This document shows, piece by piece, positions 7,601 through 12,881 of a stretch of DNA of 12,881 nucleotides; positions within the stretch are counted from its first letter, which is position 1; each line of letters starts with the position of its first letter. The position numbers were made by a program, and so were the translations under genes. The DNA comes from an uncultured archaeon. Lineage in GTDB: Archaea; Asgardarchaeota; Heimdallarchaeia; Heimdallarchaeales; Heimdallarchaeaceae. The notes beneath the pieces are model-generated. The model ran no database searches and had not been told where the DNA came from. It was given only the letters and a program-made list of their open reading frames with translations. The stretch lies in contig CAZJUB010000074.1 of assembly GCA_964549075.1 (NCBI GenBank), positions 1 through 12,881 on the forward strand, in the 5' to 3' direction.

Positions 7601-8053
7601 CTAATCTTTATCTTTATCTTTTTTCTCTTTAGTAATTTCATCAACAATCTCTTTAGCTAATTGATCTGCTAATTTATCACTGTCAATATCCTCTTCTTCT
7701 GAATTTTCATCATCTTCATCATCTTCATCATCATCTTCATCGGGATATACTAAAACTGGAATTCTCTTGTCTTTCAAGTAATATTGATAAACTTCTGGAT
7801 CACCTAATGCATCCATCATATTACTTACGAGTTCATTATGAGCTTCTTCAAGACTAATGATTGAATCTTGTGATTCTTGCCATGTATAATACTCACTTTT
7901 ATTAGCATAGAAATGTTCGACCATTTCAGCAGGTATAAAGAACTTTTTTTCAATCTGTTCTTTCAAACTTCGTAAATGAGCTAAATTTGATCTGTATTTC
8001 TCAAGAATAGCTGAAGATTTCGCGAAAAATTCTTTAAAAGTTAACTCTTCCAT
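7601..8053 (-). CDS. Hypothetical helical protein with acidic low-complexity C-terminal region
   Basis: 150-aa ORF with typical composition, a TTATAT box ~22 nt upstream on the minus strand, two amphipathic helices and a DEDDDEDDEDDENSEEED tract. Confidence 0.8.
   Translation of the reverse strand: MEELTFKEFFAKSSAILEKYRSNLAHLRSLKEQIEKKFFIPAEMVEHFYANKSEYYTWQESQDSIISLEEAHNELVSNMMDALGDPEVYQYYLKDKRIPVLVYPDEDDDEDDEDDENSEEEDIDSDKLADQLAKEIVDEITKEKKDKDKD
7708..7741. repeat. Imperfect (TCATCATCT)n / trinucleotide repeat encoding the Asp/Glu tract
   Basis: TCATCATCTTCATCATCTTCATCATCATCTTCATC read directly; it lies in frame within 7601..8053. Confidence 0.75.
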
Positions 8054-8144
8054 GAACTAATTATATCTTAAAAGCATATAACTTATTCGTTTCAAAAGAC
8101 CCAAGATGAGTAACTTTCTTAAATAGTAGATTTATTCTCACTTT
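8054..8144. promoter_or_regulatory. Divergent promoter region with back-to-back TATA-like boxes
   Basis: TTATAT on the minus strand (~8075-8080) is ~22 nt before ATG 8053, and TTAAATA on the plus strand (8119-8125) is ~20 nt before ATG 8145. Neither gene has an obvious RBS, consistent with leaderless mRNAs. Confidence 0.45.
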
Positions 8145-8660
8145 ATGTTTGATAGACTTGAACTATCTCCAGCTTTATCTCAATTTCTGAATTCAATCAG
8201 TCCAATGTTAGGAATTACAGGTAATTTAGAGAATAGGAAATACTTTATGATAACTAGATACTTTTCTTTAAAAGATGAGAGGATTCTTGTTGAACTAAGT
8301 ACAAATTCCGCACCCAAAGAGCTGAGTCTTAACCTATTAAGAAAGGGTGAAGATCCTCTTTTAATAGCTGTTTTAGCACATTTTCCAATTGAAGATAAAA
8401 ATTTTCAACTTGGAGAAGCAGTTTCTGTGCCAATCTATGTTAATTCTGTAATTTCATTCGAATGTAAACTAGTGAAACAGCTCTTATCAGAAGTTGATTC
8501 CTCAATTGCAATTTATAAAGTAGTTCAAGCTTGTGGTGTTGCAGGTTTAGATCCCGAATTCAATGAACAAGTTACAATAGCTAAAACAGTTGAAGTAATG
8601 ACTCTTTCTGCAGTTGATACATATGTTATTGATAAGAAATTTAGAGAAGGAAGTGAATAA
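8145..8660 (+). CDS. Hypothetical protein, probable degenerate flavin-reductase-like (FMN-binding split barrel) fold
   Basis: GEAVSVPIYVNSVISFECKLVKQLLSEVDSSIAIYKVV resembles the family segment 'V.AP.I.E....LECKV......GDH.LFIGEVV', and the N-terminal P-M-L-G-I-T-G strand also fits. The conserved GDH histidine is absent. Confidence 0.55.
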   Translation: MFDRLELSPALSQFLNSISPMLGITGNLENRKYFMITRYFSLKDERILVELSTNSAPKELSLNLLRKGEDPLLIAVLAHFPIEDKNFQLGEAVSVPIYVNSVISFECKLVKQLLSEVDSSIAIYKVVQACGVAGLDPEFNEQVTIAKTVEVMTLSAVDTYVIDKKFREGSE

Positions 8661-8663
8661 AAA

Positions 8664-9014
8664 ATGGTTTTTTCAAAGAAGAAAAAATTTGTTAAATATG
8701 AGCTAAATTATCAACAGAAACAGAACCTGATTAAGCTCGCTAAAAAACTAGACAGTAATCCAGATCGAATTGTTAATAAGATCGAGCAATTTCTCGATGA
8801 ATCTTCTGATTTCATCAATTTGGATACTTGGCAGAATCTTTTGACATTTTTAAATATTAAATTGCTAGAAGAAAAAACTAGGCAAAAAGCAGATGATCTT
8901 ATTGAAACTAAAAAGAAAATTAAGATACAGTACAAACTTTTAGATGAGTATGAAGATGATTACATGACAATAGTAGCTTTAGGAGAAGCTCTTGAATCCT
9001 TAAATAAAATTTAG
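8664..9014 (+). CDS. Hypothetical protein with ribbon-helix-helix (CopG-like) N-terminus and coiled-coil C-terminus
   Basis: FVKYELNYQQKQNLIKLAKKLDSNPDRIVNKIEQFL follows the RHH strand-helix(LxxLAKK)-turn-helix pattern. It starts 3 nt after the previous stop. The CDS is solid; the domain call is tentative. Confidence 0.6.
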   Translation: MVFSKKKKFVKYELNYQQKQNLIKLAKKLDSNPDRIVNKIEQFLDESSDFINLDTWQNLLTFLNIKLLEEKTRQKADDLIETKKKIKIQYKLLDEYEDDYMTIVALGEALESLNKI

Positions 9015-9022
9015 GTGATAGT

Positions 9023-9445
9023 ATGAGTGATAAAGTGAAATATAATATCTGGATTCCTGATCAAATCGCTGATCTTTTTCTTGATTTAGAAGAGTTTGTA
9101 GATCATTTAATTACTTTCTATCCATTTCTAGAAAGCATTGATTTTAATGAGATGATAACAATGAAAGAGTTAGATTCTAAGCTTGAAGAAGCAACTGAAG
9201 AATACAGTCAATTATGTCAGCAATATGGGAAAATTATGCAAGAATATGGAGTTGTTAATTTCAAGGGAAGCGAACTTTTTACACGTAATACATTAACTGG
9301 TCTAAAGTTAGGGTTACTTATGGGAAAACTCAAGCGTGCAAAATCTATTTGGGGAGATAAACTAAATGTCGATTACAACGCGGCTAAAGAATTGATTCAA
9401 CATTTTGCAAATCGTTATCTGTTAAAAAGAGATGAGGAAGAATAA
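9023..9445 (+). CDS. Hypothetical coiled-coil protein, probable distant paralogue of 8664..9014
   Basis: AGGTGA RBS at 9013-9018, an N-terminal strand-Pro-helix (VKYNIWIPDQIADLF) and a long heptad helix (KELDSKLEEATEEYSQLCQQYGKIMQEY). Confidence 0.7.
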   Translation: MSDKVKYNIWIPDQIADLFLDLEEFVDHLITFYPFLESIDFNEMITMKELDSKLEEATEEYSQLCQQYGKIMQEYGVVNFKGSELFTRNTLTGLKLGLLMGKLKRAKSIWGDKLNVDYNAAKELIQHFANRYLLKRDEEE

Positions 9446-9446
9446 A

Positions 9447-10916
9447 TTATTGTTGTTCGTTTTTCTTCTGCTTCTTTTTACTGTTTTGTGTTTTAACTTT
9501 TGAGGTTTGAAAAGCTAATTTTAGTAATATTGGTGTTAGGAATACAGTTATCAAAACAAGTAAAATAACTACTGAATAAAGATCATTAGTGAAAGCTAAT
9601 GCATTTGAATTTGAAGAAAAAATCTTAGCTCCTTCATATAAACCTATAGCAGCAATTACTAAAGTTATTTCTCCTTTTGGTATCATACCAGTTGCGATTC
9701 TAGCTGAAGAGATGATGTCGGGTTTTTTTCTTTGCCACCAAACAAAGAACTTATTCACTTTTACTTTATTTTCTTCAATCAGTTTACTTTCAAGATCCCC
9801 AGATTTTTTATGCATCATTTTTAAAAAATCTGCTATAGGATTGGTTGAAAACATTGCACCAGTAAATGAACCTATTCCTTTTGATAGGATTACTAGTGGT
9901 ATAATCACTAAAAAAAGTGGATTAAATTGAGTTAATACAAAGGAACTACCAACAGAGAAAAAGAATAAAGGTATAAATGATCCTTCTCCTATTTTTGTAA
10001 ATGTTTGAAGTGTATTACTCATCAAATATTTATTTCTCTGCATTCCTATTCCTAGAAGAAAAGCACCTATAGCTGCTGAGACTCCAAGATATTCTGCAAA
10101 ATAAGCTAATATTAGTAAAAACGCTAATACAATCCCTATTGAGAAATAACTAGTAGCAGCCAATGAGAAAGTGTTGAACCTATTCTCAAAAAACTCTAAA
10201 GTTCTTGGTAAAAGAAATAGAATTATAACTAAAAGTAATGCTATAAACAAAATTTGAACGACAATTGAAAGAGTAGTTCCTAAACCAAAAATAGAATTAC
10301 CTGAAAAAAGTATTCCTGAAATAACAAGTAATAGAAAGAGTCCTAGAAAATCATCAAATACAGCCAAACTCAACAATGTTTGACCTTCTTTTGTGTTTAA
10401 TTTTTTCATATTATTTAGTGTTCTTACTGTGGTTCCTATACTTGTTGGAACGAAAATTAATGCAAAAAACGCTGAGACACCTACTACCGAATTTTCTTCT
10501 ATCCTATGATAAGAGTATGTTGAAGAGAAAAGAACATAACTAAATAGAAATCCTAGACTATAAGTAATGAATACGTCTGTTATAGAGATTAATAGATTCC
10601 TTTTTCCAGCTCTTTGCAATTCTTTTGTCTTGATTTCAGCTCCTACTATAAACAATAATAATAATATCCCTATTTGTGCAAAGGGTTCAATACTTTCCTT
10701 CATACTTTCAGGACCAATAAAAATGAAAGGAAAATCTCCTCCAATATTTATTTCATTTAAATCAAAAAGTAAGAAAATAGGACCACCAAATAGGAATCCT
10801 GCAAATAATTCTCCTAATATTGATGAAAGTTTTAACCTTTCAAAAATTTCTCCTAAAATTCTAGCTGAAATTAAGGCTATACCAAGATAAAGAAAAACAT
10901 TGAAATTAAAACTCAT
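9447..10916 (-). CDS. Cation:proton antiporter, CPA2 family (NapA-like Na+/H+ antiporter)
   Basis: About 12-13 TM helices; ILGELFAG, IGILLLLFIVGAE, PTSIGTTVRTL, LAVFDDFLG, IGAFLLG, FIPLFF, ILSKGIG and GMIPKGE motifs; GGAG RBS upstream. Confidence 0.92.
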   Translation of the reverse strand: MSFNFNVFLYLGIALISARILGEIFERLKLSSILGELFAGFLFGGPIFLLFDLNEINIGGDFPFIFIGPESMKESIEPFAQIGILLLLFIVGAEIKTKELQRAGKRNLLISITDVFITYSLGFLFSYVLFSSTYSYHRIEENSVVGVSAFFALIFVPTSIGTTVRTLNNMKKLNTKEGQTLLSLAVFDDFLGLFLLLVISGILFSGNSIFGLGTTLSIVVQILFIALLLVIILFLLPRTLEFFENRFNTFSLAATSYFSIGIVLAFLLILAYFAEYLGVSAAIGAFLLGIGMQRNKYLMSNTLQTFTKIGEGSFIPLFFFSVGSSFVLTQFNPLFLVIIPLVILSKGIGSFTGAMFSTNPIADFLKMMHKKSGDLESKLIEENKVKVNKFFVWWQRKKPDIISSARIATGMIPKGEITLVIAAIGLYEGAKIFSSNSNALAFTNDLYSVVILLVLITVFLTPILLKLAFQTSKVKTQNSKKKQKKNEQQ

Positions 10917-10931
10917 GTTTCTAGCTCCACG

Positions 10932-11438
10932 TTATTCATCAAAATCAATACAAGCTCCTACCCAATTGTCTTTTAGAACTTTCATTATGTCAGCGAGAAA
11001 AATCAATCCTTTTACCTTGCTTTTTCTATCAGTAGATCGTGGGAGGAAAACTGTGTTATATCTCTCCATAAGTGTAGCAATTTTTTCTACTGTATCTTCA
11101 TCTTTAACTATAGGAATATCTGATCTCAATAAATCTAATGCAGTTATACATGAGAGTACATGAGTTCTTGAAAATATTTCAATTATTTCGGTATGTTTAG
11201 TACTTATTAACGATAATAAGTGTCTTAATGTAATTAAGCCTATATATTCTCCATTATCATCAACGACCATAGCAGCTAAACTTTTGTCATCTACTAGAAA
11301 ATCTAATAAGTCTGAACATCCTGAACTTCCTAAGATTTTTGGAACCTCTCTTACTGGAAACTCATCCGCTTTCATTTCTTTAATTTTGGAAAAAACATCT
11401 TCCATTATGTCTTCCATAAAAGAAGAAAATATTAGCAC
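10932..11438 (-). CDS. Stand-alone CBS-pair (Bateman) domain protein
   Basis: AMVVDDNGEYIGLITLRHLL and PIVKDEDTVEKIATLMERYNTVFLP...VKGLIFLADIM are two CBS repeats. The true start may be ATG 11417 or 11405 rather than GTG 11438. Confidence 0.88.
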   Translation of the reverse strand: MLIFSSFMEDIMEDVFSKIKEMKADEFPVREVPKILGSSGCSDLLDFLVDDKSLAAMVVDDNGEYIGLITLRHLLSLISTKHTEIIEIFSRTHVLSCITALDLLRSDIPIVKDEDTVEKIATLMERYNTVFLPRSTDRKSKVKGLIFLADIMKVLKDNWVGACIDFDE

Positions 11439-11470
11439 CTAAAAAATGTTATCCAATGTAAAAAACTGGT

Positions 11471-12881
11471 TTATAAATTTTTTTTGTACTTTAAGTTTTC
11501 TTTGTTTAGATTGGATAATAATTTAGAAATTTTGTCACCAAGTTTTGTTATTTTTACTTTTTTTCTCTTTTTTTCAACGTTAATGTCGTTTTCTTGTCCG
11601 CTGACACTTGCCTTTTCTATAATCTTATCAGCTGCTTCATCTGCAAGCAATGCTGCTGCGACTTCTAATTGTGTAATTTTTCCTCCAACTTCCTTAGCTT
11701 TATGAATTGCCCATCTCACAAGAATTGGACCAATGAGTTGAACTATAACTATTGTTCCTGTGATAGTTGTGAAAATAAGATGTGCATGATCAGCATATAT
11801 TGTCCCTTGAAATGTTTCATCTATACTAACTGCTAAACCTAATGCTACACCAGCTTGACTAAATAATGTAAACCCTAAATATTTGCTAATCACAGGTTTA
11901 CACTTCATAGCTTTTGCCGTTAAGTTTACAAATCCAACCTTACCTATTGTTCTTCCCACAAGATATATAACTCCAATAAGACCTATATATTGAAGATCAG
12001 CTGGATTGATATTGAAACCAACTACAATGAAGAATAGAGAAACTATTGGTGTTCCTATTTTGAAAATATCATGAAACACAGCTTCAGTTTTTTGTTCTGA
12101 ACGCGTAAACGTTGCAATCATAATCCCTAAACACATTGCTGCAAGAATGGAAGAAGAATGTATGTATATTGTTAATCCTATTATAACCACTACTCCTCCA
12201 ATGATTAGTTCAAGAATTTCAGCATGATCTTTAACTCTGTTTATTGCCCAAGTTATAATTATTCCTGCTATTATTCCAATACCAATTGCTGCAAAAGCTT
12301 CAAGTGCAAATTCAGAAAAAACCTGTAAAGCGCTAAAATGGTATTCTGGAAGACCACCTTTTGTTATACTTGTAGTAATCTGAACAAGAAAAATAGAGAT
12401 AATATCATCAAATGCTAAAATAAATAGAACTGCTTGTGTGAGAGGTCCTTTTGACTTATATTCCCAAAGTACGTCTGCTGTAGCAGCTGGTGCTGTTGCG
12501 CTTCCTAATGCTCCAAGGATAAAAGCAAAATTCCACCAAATAGGATCATGATAGATGGTAGTTGTTACTATCCCAGTTAGTAAAGAAACCACAAGAAATG
12601 TTCCTATACTATCTGTTAAGAGAACTATGAAAAGTTTCTTATCTATTTTTTTAAGTTCTTTCCATGATAGTTCTGCTCCAATATTAAAACCTATGATCCC
12701 AAGTGCTAAAGTTACTAAAATAGGTGTAATATTTCCTATGAAATCATATGAGATTACATGACTTGTTCCTCCAAATTGCCAGAAATAAAAATCTGGAGTA
12801 ATAAAATTCTTGACATTACCATTTTTCCAGATGTATCTGATAGTTAATCCTATTATCAAACCCATCACGATAAAACCTAAA
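11471..12881 (-). CDS. Cation:proton antiporter, CPA2 family; 5'-truncated by the window edge
   Basis: LALGIIGFNIGAEL, SATAPAAT, LAFDDIIS, FFIVVG, GRTIGK and FSQAGVALGLA motifs. The frame stays open upstream of the track's 12868 start (L-G-F-I) to the window end, so the real start lies outside. Confidence 0.92.
   Translation of the reverse strand, partial: LGFIVMGLIIGLTIRYIWKNGNVKNFITPDFYFWQFGGTSHVISYDFIGNITPILVTLALGIIGFNIGAELSWKELKKIDKKLFIVLLTDSIGTFLVVSLLTGIVTTTIYHDPIWWNFAFILGALGSATAPAATADVLWEYKSKGPLTQAVLFILAFDDIISIFLVQITTSITKGGLPEYHFSALQVFSEFALEAFAAIGIGIIAGIIITWAINRVKDHAEILELIIGGVVVIIGLTIYIHSSSILAAMCLGIMIATFTRSEQKTEAVFHDIFKIGTPIVSLFFIVVGFNINPADLQYIGLIGVIYLVGRTIGKVGFVNLTAKAMKCKPVISKYLGFTLFSQAGVALGLAVSIDETFQGTIYADHAHLIFTTITGTIVIVQLIGPILVRWAIHKAKEVGGKITQLEVAAALLADEAADKIIEKASVSGQENDINVEKKRKKVKITKLGDKISKLLSNLNKENLKYKKNL

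Noticed and set aside
7708-7741. TCA/TCT repeat as a CRISPR or contingency locus
   Set aside because: It is an in-frame codon repeat for Asp/Glu with no spacers, and unit changes would not shift the frame.
8664-9445. Type II toxin-antitoxin pair (RHH antitoxin plus toxin)
   Set aside because: The downstream protein shows no PIN, RelE or MazF features and instead resembles the upstream protein.
8711-12761. Short opposite-strand ORFs at 8711, 9589, 10567, 10900, 11484 and 12555
   Set aside because: All lie antisense within longer, well-supported genes and have shadow-frame composition.
1-12881. Mobile element, provirus or defence island
   Set aside because: No transposase, integrase, viral structural, Cas or restriction-modification genes, and no long terminal repeats were seen.

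Overview
AT-rich (roughly 30% GC by eye), gene-dense prokaryotic chromosomal segment that looks archaeal: TTTATA/TTTAAA-like boxes lie ~20-35 nt before starts, several genes look leaderless, ribosome-binding sites are GGTGA/GTGA-type, there are oligo-T tracts after genes, and one membrane-anchored protein is rich in N-glycosylation sequons. An Asgard-like host is only a guess. Left to right: the 5' part of a type III polyketide synthase that is missing from the ORF track (minus strand, runs off the left edge), DUF72, an 89-nt GC-rich structured intergenic element (candidate ncRNA, 1477-1565), L-lysine 6-transaminase, split glutamate formiminotransferase plus cyclodeaminase, a conserved hypothetical protein, a CoA-type Nudix hydrolase, an arylsulfate sulfotransferase-like surface protein, an acidic helical hypothetical protein, a three-gene operon (degenerate flavin-reductase-like barrel plus two apparently paralogous RHH-like/coiled-coil proteins), and a CPA2 antiporter-CBS-CPA2 antiporter operon truncated at the right edge. 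I found no tRNA, rRNA, CRISPR array or transposase. The best leads are the unassigned structured RNA, the type III PKS and the paralogous small-protein operon.
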